A stretch of 63,928 nucleotides of DNA, the filler included, from Hyphochytrium catenoides (taxonomy: Eukaryota > Protista > Hyphochytriomycota), in the NCBI GenBank assembly GCA_900088475.1. It is 6 parts of 6 records of this genome, joined end to end, with 100 filler letters (N's around TTAATTAATTAA, not from the genome) between each part and the next. Parts side by side here need not be neighbours in the genome. Positions count along the whole stretch, not along the records: positions 3,690 to 31,800 come from FLMG01004707.1; positions 31,901 to 33,586 come from FLMG01002062.1; positions 33,687 to 50,007 come from FLMG01002615.1; 3 more parts are not named here. One strand, 5' to 3'. The number at the start of each line of letters is the position of its first letter. Within the stretch, counting starts at the first letter, position 1. The notes beneath the pieces are model-generated. The model saw only the letters and a list, made by a program, of their open reading frames with translations, searched no databases and was not told the origin of the DNA. Of the stretch, positions 24,601 to 37,606 are shown piece by piece. The translations under genes and the position numbers were made by a program.

Positions 24601-27596
24601 GTCTTTCTCTCCTTAGACCTCGTTCTCCCTTAATCACGCTTGGTGGTCTATGAGAGCTTGAATTCCCTTTTCGATTACTAACGATATTATCGTTCAGTTG
24701 GATCGTCTTATAGCCTCGCCGCCGCCGTGCATCAAGGGAGGAGACCGTGCCATCCCTGAGTTCTATGAAGTTTCTAAGGAGGTTGAGGAGCTCAGTCTGA
24801 CGGTCAACAGCCAGATGCTCCGTTCCCAATACGCTTCCAGCATTATGTGCCCAACGAGGACTCTGGTCATTACAGCCAAGTAAGTGAGATGGCTGCAGTT
24901 GGGACGGAAATCATGACCGTAGGCATCTTTTGGCTTGTTTGTTTTTTTGGGTGTATTGTGCTTTACCCGTCTGACCGTTATGCCATTGCTAGAGGCTTGT
25001 TTAAATGCTTCGCTATGATCCTGAGGAGCAACTTTCCCGCGGGCTCCAGCTCTGATATGAGCCAGTTCTCGTTTACTGCGCTCATACTGGCACCCGATCA
25101 CTATTCCCCCTCTCCAGCCATCCTGAAAGCTCAACAACAGAAAGCAGCGGCTGCGGTATGTACTCAATCCCATCACGGCGGACTGTATTTTGCTAGAGAG
25201 TCAGACCTTCTCCCCTTCCTTTGTGGGCATTGCTTACTCTCCCTTCTAGTGCAGTTATTTGTCTGGTGCAGTATATCTGACCCAACACCCAGGCAAAACC
25301 CTCGCTTCAAGACAGTTTCCTCCGTAATCGGAGGACACAGGAGGGGCCACGCCTTGGTCCAGGCTCCGTTGGTTCAGTACTCGGTCGCAATTATATCGTT
25401 CTGCAGCTACCCATGAGCGCAGTAGTTACCATCTGCAAGTAAGACAANNNNNNNNNNNNNNNNNNNNNNNNNNNNNNNNNATCTGGCTGTTGTGCCTGTC
25501 CGTTGTTGCCGTAGGAAGAAGCTAAAGGCTGACGCGAAGGCTATCACAGAAGACGGAGACAACAGTGCGCTGGTACCGCTTTTCCCTTTCCCCGTTTATC
25601 TTAGTTCATTTCCTGACTCATCTGATTCTTCTCTAGGCGGCCGCCATCCGACAGCTAGCAGAGATGCGGGAGCAGACGCCATTTGGCAACGGAGTTGCTG
25701 GTGCGCATACTTTGAATCTCTCACTCAAACTTAGGCCCGCATCAACTTCTATATTCTGTGTGCATATATATATAAGTCCGTAGCTTTTCTCAAAGTGTAC
25801 AGTCTGTGCCTGGTGTGCCAGTTACGGTATCCACACCTCCACCTGCGGTACTACCTCTCTTACCTTATGGCGGATCTACTAACCCTAGCCTCAATCTCTG
25901 CACTTCCAGCTCTGGATCTGTTGAAGGAGTTCAAACTCAATGATTTGGACTTCGTAGAGCTCTATCGGGGAAGAGGCAACCTGGAGCAGCTACAGGCAGC
26001 CTCAAAGTGCGCAGATTGTCCTAAACTACAGGAACAGGTAAGGTGCTGCTGCTGTATGTAAAAGGTAGACAGAAGTTGGCCATCTACATGGGGTGAGAGA
26101 CAAGAGCGACGCAACCCCGGATGGCATCAGGTGTTGGGCGACTGACGCAGATAAGAGCATATTGCCTCACTCTTTCGAAAGAAGCCTCTATAGACTAGTA
26201 GAACGGGAAAGGAAACAGAGGTAATAAGACAAGAGTGAGAGAGAAGGACGCGGCCAGACAGAAGAACTGGGAGTACAAGAGATCGCCGTGGCGGATAAGG
26301 AGCGAAAGGCAATAATTATCTAGATACCTAACGCTAAGATGTGCATTCACCTAGTTTTCTTACGAAGAGAAGATTGACCGACTCCACACCAAGATTCGAG
26401 AGATCCGACACATCATGAGCAATGAGAGTCTCGCTCTCTTCCCTGACTTCAGGCAGCGTAAGGACGTATTGCAGACTTTAGGATATATAGACGAGCATGG
26501 CGCAGTGCAACTCAAGGGCAGAGTAGCCTGTGAGGTGAGTCACTATCCCCACGTCCTCTTGCCCCTGCTCTCATTTGACTGTGGTCATCCGGAGGCATTA
26601 GTTGGTGGCTCCCTCTCCTTAAAAATCTGTCATTCATCGCTCGCTTATACTTGGCGCGGGCCTTTGGCTTTTCTTTATTGTCTAGTAGAGAGAAATTCAG
26701 CTGCTATCAGCTCTTACCCTACTTCTCCTCATGCAGATCTTCACCTGTGAAGAGTTGATATTGACAGAGATGATCTTTGAGAACATTTTGGCCAACCTTG
26801 AGCCGGAGGAGGTAGTGGCGGTGTTATCGGCCCTTGTATTTCAGGTTGGCCACGCAGCCGCTAGGCTAACAGCGATACCTCATATGGCGCTCTCTGTAGC
26901 TCTCTCTACTTTCTGGCTCTTGCTGTTTAGGTGCTCTCCTGTCTTCTCTCTCTCTTACCCTAACTCACGCCTACATCAGCCCTTCCCATAAACTTAGGAC
27001 AATAGCCTTTTCCGCTTTCTTCCTTCCGACCCCTTTAGCCCTTCAAGTTCAGGGAAGTCCTCATACTCTCCATACTCTCTCTCTTTCACGGCGTCCATTG
27101 TGGTCGACGATCAGGAGTCAACTCAGGATGAGCCCACACTCACAAAGAGGTTGGAGGCAGCGAAAGGCTCTATGCTACAGATTGTACAAGGGCTCGCCGC
27201 AGTGCAGATAGAGTGCGGTCTAGACCTGGACCCAGAAAGCTATGCCAAACTGCTAAACTTCAAGCTGATGGAGGTAAAGTAGTCGTCCCTAGCATACTTC
27301 TACTTGATGTCTTATCTCCTCTTTCTGAAACTGGCATGGCCTCCGCATTCTCGCCATGTCTTCTGCAGGTTGTCTATGAATGGGCCAGGGGCATGCCCTT
27401 CAAGGACATCTGCAACCTCACGTTAGTGCCTGAGGGCTCCATCGTCAGATGTATTACGCGGCTGGATGAGACATGCAGGGAAGTCAGAAATGCAGCACGC
27501 GTGATTGGAGATCCTCGGCTTTATAGGAAGATGGAGGTGGCTTCCGAGCTTATCAAGAGGGATGTGGTCTTTGCAAGCAGTTTATATGTGGCCTAG
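18654..27596 (+). CDS. SKI2: SKI2/SKIV2L DExH RNA helicase (cytoplasmic exosome cofactor), more than 20 exons
   Basis: Motifs: Ski2 N-terminal SMSLRRQPG...[14 protein letters not shown]; [12 protein letters not shown]; AAHTSAGKT; [12 protein letters not shown]; DEVH; LSAT; HHGGLLP; [12 protein letters not shown]; [10 protein letters not shown]; C-terminal [12 protein letters not shown]. All introns I checked are GT-AG. Confidence 0.97.
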
Positions 27597-28410
27597 CAAG
27601 GTTAGGTACATTAGAGAGCAGGGAAGAGAACAGATGGAAAATGAGATACCGGGGCCCGCCTTTGTGTCTACAGCGTGACATCGGCTAACCTGTCTCATTA
27701 ACGATTACAGTCGGGCACTGTCAGTGCTAAGGCTCACACTATTGGTCCCAGGAACTTTCTGTCACCTAAGGAGATGGCGCCTTATCTCCAATCCTCCTTC
27801 TATAACCCAGAAAGTGGTCTCTTTCCGTATCCAAATTGGGCAGGGAAGGGAGAATACCCCTCGTGTTTGAAGAAGTGAAGAGAGAGAGAGGAATTGTCTT
27901 GGACGTGACCGCAAGAGCCAGGATGTCATCCTAGAGATTGGCCTTCAGAATCTCTCTCTAAGGCGTGGAGAGCTACTTCTGGCTTCTTGATCCACTGCTC
28001 ATCTGCTGTATAGCAACGGGCAAGTAGCTACTTTTTTTAATAGCGGACATCTGCTACGGCTTGTTAGTCCAAATGGCGGCCTCGACATTCCGACATCCAG
28101 CCAATGGCTCAGCTCCTCCAACCGATAATTTAGAGAGCAACAAGATGAAGGGCATAGAGTACCGGAGCACCCTGTCGTAGCTGTGACGGGGGAAGAGAGG
28201 AGAAGAAAGCTGAGTCGCAAATCCGGCTGAGGAGCGAAATAACGCCAACCAGGAAAAATTCTTCTGGATAAAGTCGGTGAGACACAGGGAAAACGCAAAG
28301 CAGCCCAAGAGGACACGATATTATCCCGGTGGCTCGACCCCTATCCTCGCATGCTGGCAGCAGGAGGCGTACGGGAAGATAGATAGAGTAAGAACGGCTG
28401 TCAGGCAATG

Positions 28411-29253
28411 CTACTTCGATCTAAACTCAAAGATCCCACAAACTCCTTCCTCATCGATGACTAGCGGACGACCTCTGGCATCCCGCGCTTCAGCAACCGC
28501 TACATTGCTTTGTATTGGACAAGAGAATATCCTCTGCGCTCTGAAGCCTTGGGAAGCCATGGCGGTGCGGAAGTGAGATGCAGCACAGCGACTCGAGGTA
28601 CAAAGCCCCATACACTCTGCACTACAGATATCCATTGCGATCATGACGATAATCTCTGAGGCGTCCGTAGGAGGTATTGAGACGTCGAAAGCAGAGACAG
28701 AGTTAGGAAGGGAAGGGTTACGAACGGCAGAGCATTGGCCATCAATTGCTGAGCGGATGGCGCCCGCTAGCTCTGCATGGAGAGAGCGGCCAAGTTGCGT
28801 GATGTCACTTCCTAGAATATAGTGCAGTCCAACAACATCTTGGTCATTGCTGAACACCGAAGACGACCAAGCTGCCTCCTTGCAGAGTATGCGAGGGCTA
28901 GAAAGGAAAGGGGTCTCCAACAGAGGTCGGTTGAGCTCTGCGTTGACTTCTAAAAGGTCTGGAAACTCATCGGTAAGCATGACGAAAGAGGCACCGCGTG
29001 CAGCACAAGTTAGTCCTACAAGTCCGCAGCCCGCGCCAAGCTCTAGGACTCTCTTTCCCCTTAAGTCAACGTTCTGTTCCAGATACCGTGCTAAAATGTA
29101 GCTAGAGCTCCATATCTCTCCGCCTAGACCGTCAACCATTGCCGTGTCTTGCCTAATCTTCAGAGTCAGATCTCTGGCCGGAGCCACATCTCCAGGAAGC
29201 CGGACGACAAATTCCAGCAGCGCTACGCCATTCTTTCGCATCTCTTCCCCCAT
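28411..29253 (-). CDS. Protein-lysine methyltransferase, METTL21/Methyltransf_16 family, intronless
   Basis: GLGGEIWSSSYILARYL; motif I VLELGAGCGLVG; post-I MLTD; ILGSDIT (DxxY-like). Confidence 0.88.
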   Translation of the reverse strand: MGEEMRKNGVALLEFVVRLPGDVAPARDLTLKIRQDTAMVDGLGGEIWSSSYILARYLEQNVDLRGKRVLELGAGCGLVGLTCAARGASFVMLTDEFPDLLEVNAELNRPLLETPFLSSPRILCKEAAWSSSVFSNDQDVVGLHYILGSDITQLGRSLHAELAGAIRSAIDGQCSAVRNPSLPNSVSAFDVSIPPTDASEIIVMIAMDICSAECMGLCTSSRCAASHFRTAMASQGFRAQRIFSCPIQSNVAVAEARDARGRPLVIDEEGVCGIFEFRSK

Positions 29254-30102
29254 CGTAGCCCTGACGCCGCACTGCTGCACTGCCGCACAGCCAATCTTTA
29301 GCTCAACACCTCACAGAATGGTCGCATTGGCTCTCCTCGACAAAGCCCGTCAGAATGAAGATCGTTGGACTCTGTGGCTCGGTGGAGCTCTGTAAAGGCC
29401 GTTACTCCGTAGATTGGCAATGATCTCTTCCACCAAAACTCATGGTGGTAGCCGGTGATATGGTAGCTGAGCATTCACCATAGCGAAGAAAGCTTAATTG
29501 ACATAAAGCAAACTATGCTGTTCTGCTCATGAGCAAGCTCTTAGCTCTGTTTAGTCTCTGGTCACTCCAAGCTAAATCATTGTCAAATATAATATAAGTT
29601 TACGTGTGGAAAAATCAAATATGTGTCATTTACGTTATATTTCTCGTCCTGCAAGTCATGTCCCACCATCATTTTAATCCCGTCTCAGCTCTTCTTGCCT
29701 CACAGATCTCTGTCTCGCTGTCGCTCTGTCTCAATCCTCTTCTGTTACCTACGGTGTCTTGAGGCTCCGCTATCACTCACTCTGTCTCAATCCTCTGCTG
29801 TCACCTCGAGCTCTGTCTGATTCACTCTCTTGCACGAGGAGAATCTGTGGAATTAGAGCTCAACCGTCATTGGAAAACTGAGCTTCATAATAAATCTCTA
29901 GGTCAGACAACATCGGCCCCAAGCAGTGGTTATAACGGCAGATATCAGGATCCGAAATTGAACTGTTGCCACTTCTGTGCACCAACTCATAGTCTCCCCA
30001 CGCGGCATACACACCACGTCGCTGGGGAAGAGGCGAGAGTGAGAATTAGACTGAGACAAAAGATCAAGTGAATTAAAAAGAAGCCCTTCAAAGAGAGACA
30101 AC

Positions 30103-31144
30103 ATGTCTCGCGCGTCTGAGGAAGGGCTCAATCTCCGAGTAGTCGGCGTGAAAGAAGAGCTTGCAGATCATCATGAGTCTGATGTGGAGCCCACCTCCGA
30201 CAGAAAGTCCCCTAAACAAGGGGGTGACTCACGTCCTAAGGGAAAGACTCGGAAGCTGTGTCCTCTGTTATACATTGCCGCAGAAAGGAAACTACGAGTT
30301 GTCATGCTCTGCAACTTGCTGTTCCTGTTGGTCATCACGGCTTTTATGACCATCTCCTCGTTGCTAAGCCCTAAACTGGAGGTAGGTCTCCCGTCCTTTC
30401 ATAGGACCCTTTCATCATCCCTTCTTCCTTCTCTTTCTCTCTCTCTCTGTCTCTCTCTCTCTCTACATACATGTCTATTCTGTCTCTCAGTCTCCTCCTT
30501 GCGGTTATATCACTTATGCCTCTGAACTCTCCAACCTTCCCTCTTTGGGCTGATAGCTCTCTAAGGTTCTGTTACCTCACGCCACTCTGTCTAAGCGGCA
30601 TACGACACCCTCCCTCCTTCTCTCACTCTTTGTGTACCCGCTTTGGTCCTGTAAGATGCTTACTTCCTTTGCGATACCTCCTGTATGTCCTTTTGTTTTG
30701 CCGGTGTAGGAGCTCTCAAGCAAGAACAAGGACCTGCAGAAGACCATCGCCGAACTTGAGAAGCAAGTGCAGAACCTCACGCTTGTCTCTCACAGCCGGA
30801 AGAGGACGATTGAGAGCTTGCAGAAGCAGCTAGAGATCCAGAGCATTGACGACTTGGACCTGCCTTCTGTGCCTACGGGAGACTTCTTTTCCGTCCTTTT
30901 CTATACTGGCATTTGCATGATAGTGCTGGGTACCTTTGTCTACTTCAAAATACAAGGATTTCTCAAGGAGGAGAAGCAGAAAGAGCTAGCGGCTCTGGGC
31001 CGAATGGCGCAGCAGGCGTCTGTTGCAAGTTCTCTCTCATCCCTCAACACTGTTGACAATCAGGCATACCCAGCTTATGGCTCAGAGTACACGGACTCTA
31101 CCTCCGTGCCTATGGGCACAGTGTACACCAGCCGCAGGATGTAA
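30103..31144 (+). CDS. Hypothetical membrane protein with TM - coiled coil - TM layout, 2 exons (intron 30382-30709)
   Basis: An in-frame GT-AG join links TM1 (VVMLCNLLFLLVITAFMTISSLL) to heptads (LQKTIAELEKQVQNL) and TM2 (FFSVLFYTGICMIVLGTFVYF). Confidence 0.7.
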
Positions 31145-32467
31145 GGCTCTTTGGCGCCATGCCTCCTCGTTCTGGCGATTGGGGACGTCAGGTTGGACAT
31201 AGGAAAGGTTAACTGAGGGAAGCTACTTATTTATTGCTAAGAGAGGGGAGTCTCTGTTCAAGAGAGTCACAACGACTGTGAGAAGTCGTCTATGTATATT
31301 TTCCGCCCTACTAGCCGCAATGGGCTAATGGGCCTGCTGCTAGCGAGTAATGCTATGAATAACTTTTAGGGTATACCGTTGTACATCAAAAGGGCTCTGC
31401 TAAATCGGCCTCTTAGCTCTGATAGGGCGGCTGGGCTACTGCTGCTGTGAAGGTACGGAGCTAGCCTCTACTCAAACCTGAACCACGCCGCTATTTACTC
31501 TTCTACTATGTCCTCAGCAGGTCCGCAGTCCTACTGCTTGATCTCTAGTATAGAGACTTTGGCTCCAGCTCAATTTTTTTATAAAAGGTGCCAAAGAACG
31601 TAGATGATTGACAGGATCATAGGCTTGTGCGATAATCAGTGTAACACCTTCTTGTCCTGGGGGAGCTGTGGATTGTCCTGGAGATAGTCTGAGGTGATGG
31701 TGGCGTTACATGCTCTTCTTGGTCAGCCTCAGAGCCCTTCCTGTTGCGCTGTAGGGGAAGGGACGAGAACAGAGAGAGAGAGAGAGAGAGGAGAGAGAGA
31801 NNNNNNNNNNNNNNNNNNNNNNNNNNNNNNNNNNNNNNNNNNNNTTAATTAATTAANNNNNNNNNNNNNNNNNNNNNNNNNNNNNNNNNNNNNNNNNNNN
31901 AGGTCGTCGCATCTCTAAAGTGAAACAGTTTATTAAACGCCGTCCCCAGCTTGTGCCGACACATCCCACGCTTGCCCAGTGATCCACCGTCACGATAGTA
32001 CAATGGCTCTGCCTTTATTGTTGGAGTCGATTAGTGCAAGAGCTTTCTCCTCTTCACTCTTCTTCTTGTCGCTCTGGGAAGATGTGGACCGGTGTGAACC
32101 TTATGTCTCCTCGTTTGGTGACGGAGCTAAAAGTCTTCCTTCCCGAGATCGATAGACCCAGATGAGGATATGGAGAGGGCAGCTGCCTTCATTGTCATTC
32201 GTACTGGCTTCGCATCATGTCCTTGAAGGGAAAGGATACTTCACATAGCTCCGTGAGATCTGCATCATCTTTGACAATGCCTGTTTTCCTTGTTTCTCCC
32301 TTTCGGGAGCCACATGGCAGATAGCATCCGGGAATCTTCTGCCGTATCTAAAGTATCTTTGCGTATATCCGAAGAAAGTAATCTCTTGCCTTACCGGTCT
32401 CAGCTTTTCCAGCAGTCTGCCTCAGCTCCCCTTCCCTTCCTGTGCCATCACGGCGCAGCTCTCTTCA

Positions 32468-32947
32468 TCACCCCATGGGAACGCCACTCAGGTCGAGCAA
32501 GAAGTTCAATTCCTCTTTCTTCCGCTGAACACCATCTGGCCCATTCGGGGTTTTGGTCGTGCCTCTTTCTCCTGGCCTGCTGACGGCCTTCGAAGGTAAC
32601 TGAGGAGCTTTAAGCGCTTTCTCAAGGTCTAACGGTAGTCTATAATGACTTCTTTTAGAGGGCGGAAGGTCCTTGAAAGCTTTCCACCCTGCTGGATGAT
32701 GGGAATGGCTTACACTGCTGGGTGGTTGCTTTCGAGAGAAGATACCGAGCAGCAGATCTCTCTTCGATTTCCTCGCTTCATCTTGTTCTTCTCTTGCCCC
32801 GGGGGGTGCCCCTCCCAGTGAATGAGAAGTACCAGCGGTATAACCTCGAACAGCCGGGGAGGACGCGGCTTCTGTTAGGGTTGTACTCACATAACAGTAC
32901 AGCATCCAAAGAGCGATCACGGCCAGTCTCGATAACGGCAACGCCAT
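32468..32947 (-). CDS. Possible secreted protein (signal-peptide-like N-terminus), possibly partial
   Basis: ATG-initiated 159-aa ORF beginning MALPLSRLAVIALWMLYCYVSTTLTEA; no family recognised. Confidence 0.35.
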   Translation of the reverse strand: MALPLSRLAVIALWMLYCYVSTTLTEAASSPAVRGYTAGTSHSLGGAPPGAREEQDEARKSKRDLLLGIFSRKQPPSSVSHSHHPAGWKAFKDLPPSKRSHYRLPLDLEKALKAPQLPSKAVSRPGERGTTKTPNGPDGVQRKKEELNFLLDLSGVPMG

Positions 32948-33793
32948 TGCTCTGTCTCCAGCTTTCCCACACTTCTTTCCTTCGCTGCTAGTGATAAATG
33001 GATGGCAGAGCTAACCAGTCGAGCGGCTTGATATCTAGACCGACAGGAGCAATGATCGGACCAATATCAGCAGCTTCTTGTAGGGCTGGTCCAAAAAAGA
33101 AGTGATAGCCTGGTGGTTTCTGATCGAAGCGAGAAGGAGCAGGGAGAAGCACCATCCAAAAGAGCCGCGACAATGCGGGCGGGTCAAGGCTGACGCAGTC
33201 TCAACAATGGACTGGCTTCTTTGCCCACCAAACTTTGCCCACCAGAGGTTAGGGCGAAGTAACAGGAAGAGCCAGGCCGAAAGAAGAAGATGAGAGCAGA
33301 ACGAGATGATGGATGGTTGGAACGGAACCACGATAGAGCCGGGAAGCCAAGAGACAGGGACGACGGAGCGAAGAACGCTGAAGGGGAAAACGCGAGGACG
33401 TTCTCGAAAAGACCAATAAATTTTTCGGAGAGTGACGGAGAAAATAATGTTCAAGAAAAGGAGAAAGGATAGAGCCGCACCACAGCGTCTCCAACAACAG
33501 CTGCTAGTCTCTCTTGGACTGGCATAAAGTGAAGACAAGCAAAGAGAAGTGAAGCTATGGAACACGGAAAGCGGCAGCAACAGCTGNNNNNNNNNNNNNN
33601 NNNNNNNNNNNNNNNNNNNNNNNNNNNNNNTTAATTAATTAANNNNNNNNNNNNNNNNNNNNNNNNNNNNNNNNNNNNNNNNNNNNGCCTAGGATCGTTT
33701 CCTTTCTCTACACAGATCTTTGTGAGAGAGAGAGAGAGAGGGAGAGAGAGAGAGAGAGAGAGAGAGAAAGTCAGAGAGAAGAGAGAGAGCGAA

Positions 33794-33827
<34 letters not shown>

Positions 33828-33980
33828 GGGAGGTAAGGGAGATAAGAGAGGGACCCAGAGAGATTAATCGTAGAGAGCACAGGGGCAGAGCCGGAGAAGA
33901 AAGAGGAAAGGAGGAAAGGCGCCGTTGGGAGCTTTCTCTCGTCTTCAGTGCTTGACTTGACCTCTTGCTCTGTTTTGACC

Positions 33981-34026
<46 letters not shown>

Positions 34027-34115
34027 ACCATCCTATGGGAGACCGGCTCTTGGGAGCTCTACCGTGTCACAAAAGGAGAGAGAGAGAAGAGAGGGAGAGA
34101 GAGAGGGAGAGAGAG

Positions 34116-35354
34116 ATGGATGTGGACCTAACGGAGGGGACGGAGAAGGTGGAGAGGGAGGTGGAGACAGAGGCTGAGGTTCTGGTCCATGGCCCCACGG
34201 TCGCTGCGCTGCTCAGAGATGTGCCAGTGCACTCAGAGAAGCAGCAGCAGGCATTCTCAGGTCTTCTCTTTGGCTCCTACGAGCACAGGGAAGAGAAGGT
34301 ATATCACCTCTGCCTCCTCCCCTATCGCAGGCGCAGTCTCTCTCTCTTTTCTTCCTGTCTTTCTCTCTCGCTCTCTCTCTCATTTCTCGCTCTCCTACCC
34401 TCCTCTCATCCCGGCTTTGTGTCATTTACACATTTACTTTACCCATTATCGGCGTCAANNNGTCTAACCCGGGCAAACCTGCTGCTTTTTCTCAGATCAT
34501 CAATGACTCGTCGGAGGGCCTGGCTTCACGCTCAATAGAACGTTTCGGTCGGTAGATTCTTGTCTCTTCAAGCCCTGGACGTGCATCTTTTCACCTTGTT
34601 CTCTCTCTCTTTTTAGATCTCTCTCTCTCGCTCTCTCTCTCTTTTTTACCTTTCTTCTTTCTTTTTATCTCTCTCTCCCTCTCTCTCTTTTTCTTTCTTC
34701 TTTTCTCTCTCTCTCTCTCTCTCTCTCTTTTTCGTTCTCTCTCTCCTTCTCCTTCTTTCACATTCTCTTGTGTCTCTCATTATCCGCTGTAGCTCTTGCC
34801 ACGTGTATCTTCCCTTCACCTGCTGGGGCTCCGACATGGACAGTTCTAATGGTGCTGACTTCTGTGAGTGGCCCTGTGTGTGTCTCTCTCTCTTCTCTCT
34901 CTCTCTTCCCTTCTCTCTCAGCCTCTCAAACTCCTGTTTCTCTGCCTGTCTCCTGCTCACTCTAACGCTCTCTCCTGTACGTGCCTGATTCTGACAGTCA
35001 TTCAGGGCTGCCACTGGCCTGCAAGGGAGAGAGAAAGAGAGAGAGTTGACGGGGAAATGGAGGAGGAAGAGGAGGAGACTATCTGCCCCGCTCATAGAGA
35101 ACTTTTTCGAGCCTTTCGCGCTCTAAAGACCAACTGTGCGAAGGTGGAACACGCTTGCTTCGATCTCTCTTTCCCTGTGCTTTCTCTCTCGGACTCTCTC
35201 TCTCTTTCTCTCTCTCCCCATTCCCTTCGTTTACTCCTTCGGCTCTTGCACTCTCTCTTTCATGTTACTCTGTCGTAGTTGTCTTTCCCCTCATTCCTCT
35301 TTCAAATTGTGTCTCTCTGTCTGTCTGTCTCTCTCTGTAGCTCCATTTCTACTT

Positions 35355-35387
<33 letters not shown>

Positions 35388-35542
35388 GCCCTGACGCAGT
35401 GGATGCGTGCAGGAGGAAGAAGAGCGGAGAGTGATTGGCTGGTTTGTCTGCAGGAAGAATAGCCCTTCGAAGCCGGTAAGAAACCGTGCTCTTTTATTAA
35501 CTTCTTTGCGTAGAGAGAGACGTTTCTCTCACTCTTGTCATG

Positions 35543-35576
<34 letters not shown>

Positions 35577-36856
35577 TAACGTCTTTTCTCGAATCCTGGG
35601 TCAGTTCTTCCCTGCTCTTTAGCCAATGCCTTACAGCCGTTTTCCTCTCTTTCTTCCAGTCTATTAGCGACTTCTACGTCCAGCGATGGCTGGAGAGGAA
35701 GCTACAATCCTCCATCTCTCCTCCTTCTAGTCTCTCTCTCTCTCCCGTTCTTCTCCTTGTCTCCTACTCTCTCACCCCAGGGCAGAGCCAGCATCATGTC
35801 AACCTCAGGGCTTTGCAGCTGGCCAGCAGCGATGGAAGAAGATCTGCGTAAGTCGCGCATCGATTCCACTGCCTTACCCCTTCTCTCTCTCTCTCTCTTT
35901 GCTCTCTCTCTCTCTCTTTTTTCTCTCTCTCTCTCTCTTTTCCTTCCCTCCTCTTCTGTTGTCCTGGTGGAATTAGGACATCTACCTCTCTCCGTTCTGT
36001 TTCTTTCTCTCAGTCGCGTTCTTCCGTTGTCCCTCAGCTTCCGCGAGTTGCCTCTTCGCATTCTGAGCTACCAGGGCGGGGTCGCCGCTGAGTATCAGAC
36101 ACAAGCCATTGGAAGATCCATAGGAGGGAGCATGTACGGTCTCTCTCTTCTCCTTCCTTCATCCATCCCTCTCGTTCTCTCTCACTCTCTCTCTCTCTCT
36201 CTCGGTCTAGCATCGTAATCCCTCTCCTCTCTCTTCTGTCTCTATCTCTTGCCGTCTTTCTCTTTCCGCTGTCCTTTTTCCCCTCTTACTCGTCCAGCAT
36301 GTGCGGCGTCTCTTCTTCTTCGGTTTTTTAGTAAGATACGTCTCTCTCTCTTTCTCTCTCTCTAGCATCTCTCTTTCTCTCTCTCTAGCATCTCTCTCTC
36401 TCTCTTCTATCTTTTCTCTTGCCGTCTCTCTTCCCTTCTGAACTCATAACATTTATCGAGGAAGCTAACGTCTGACAACACTTTTTGTCTTCTCCACTCG
36501 CTCGAACACTAGCTCCTCAGCCTCTTCAGCACTCTCTTCCGTCCTCTCTTCTGCCCGCGCGATGGAGCAGATGCTAGAGGAAGCACTGGACAGTTGCCAG
36601 GTGAGCGAAAAGTTCAGGCGAATGAGCCCGAGTGTCTCTTTCTTTCTTTCTCTCTTTTTCTCTCTCTCTCTCGCTCTTCCTCGTTGACACCACATTGACG
36701 GATCTCTCCTATGTTCGCACTGGTGTTTCTCTTTTCTTGTCTCTCCAGCATTATCGTTTGCAGTTGTCTGCAGCTGAGGAGGAGCTGAGCCGCGTTTTGG
36801 AGGGTCAGAAGTTTCTGCGAGAGCTGCTGCAGGAGAAAAGTGGAGAGAGAGTCTAA
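34116..36856 (+). CDS. Abraxas/FAM175-like inactive MPN-domain scaffold (BRCA1-A/BRISC subunit family), multi-exon
   Basis: Exon peptides VHGPTVAALL...FSGLLFG, IINDS, VIGWFVCRKNSPSKP|SISD, LLLVSYS...HHVNLRAL, LPLRILSYQG..AEY and a C-terminal coiled coil resemble the Abraxas MPN- pattern. CT-rich GT-AG introns. Confidence 0.65.
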
Positions 36857-37187
36857 AAGGACTGTCGAGGAGTGTCTTCGAGCTACCTCTTTCCAGTACA
36901 TCGTCTTCTCTCCTCTTTCTCTCTCTTTCTCTCTCTCCATACCTCTCCCTTTCCTCCCTCGCGCTAGTCGGTCGCTGAGCCGAGATGCGTGCCGGGCGGC
37001 CATACGTTTGGCTCGGTCTATGCGGAGAGAGTACCTCATCCTTCTCTCCTTCCTTCTCTTTGTGTGTGTGTGTCTCTCTCTCTCTTCGATCACGGCAGTC
37101 GTGTCTCGCTGTCTCTCTCTTCGATCACGCGAGTCAAAGGTGTGGCGCGCAAGAGTACAATCTGGTCTCTCTCTCTCGGGCTTAAAG

Positions 37188-37550
37188 GTACCTTTCTGAT
37201 CGGCCCTGGGCACCCGGTGGCTCTGTAGCTAGCCCTCGATGGGCATGCTTCTCTCTCTTTTTTCCCTCTCTCTCTCTCTCTCTGACACTCCCGCGTACCC
37301 CATCGGCCCTGCTCACGCTGTGGCACTGTAGCTAGCCCTCGATGGGCATGCTTTTCTCTCTCTTTTCCCTCTCTCTCTCCCTGACACTCCCGCGTACCTT
37401 TCTCATCGGCCCTGGTCACCCTGTAGCACTGTAGCTAGCCCTTGATGGGCATGCTTTTCTCTCTCTCTGTTTCTCTTTCTCTCTTCCTGACACTCCTGCT
37501 TTCTTAAGGGAACCTCTCTCTTCCTGACACTCCTGCTTTCTTAAGAGATC
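37188..37550. repeat. Three ~103-bp tandem units followed by two ~37-bp units
   Basis: ATCGGCCCTG...CTGTAGCTAGCCCTYGATGGGCATGCTT...CTGACACTCC recurs at ~37199, 37302 and 37405. Confidence 0.9.
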
Positions 37551-37606
37551 CTCTCTTCATTATTATGCGCTACTCCTTCGCTATCATCTTCTCATCTTTC
37601 TCTCGG

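Noticed and set aside
18654-27596. Stop-codon reassignment or non-canonical introns, suggested by frequent TAG
   Set aside because: SKI2 ends at TAG at the expected C-terminus, other genes end in TAA or TGA, and the introns checked are GT-AG.
37188-37550. CRISPR-like array
   Set aside because: Units are tandem homologues without unique spacers, in a eukaryotic context with no cas genes.
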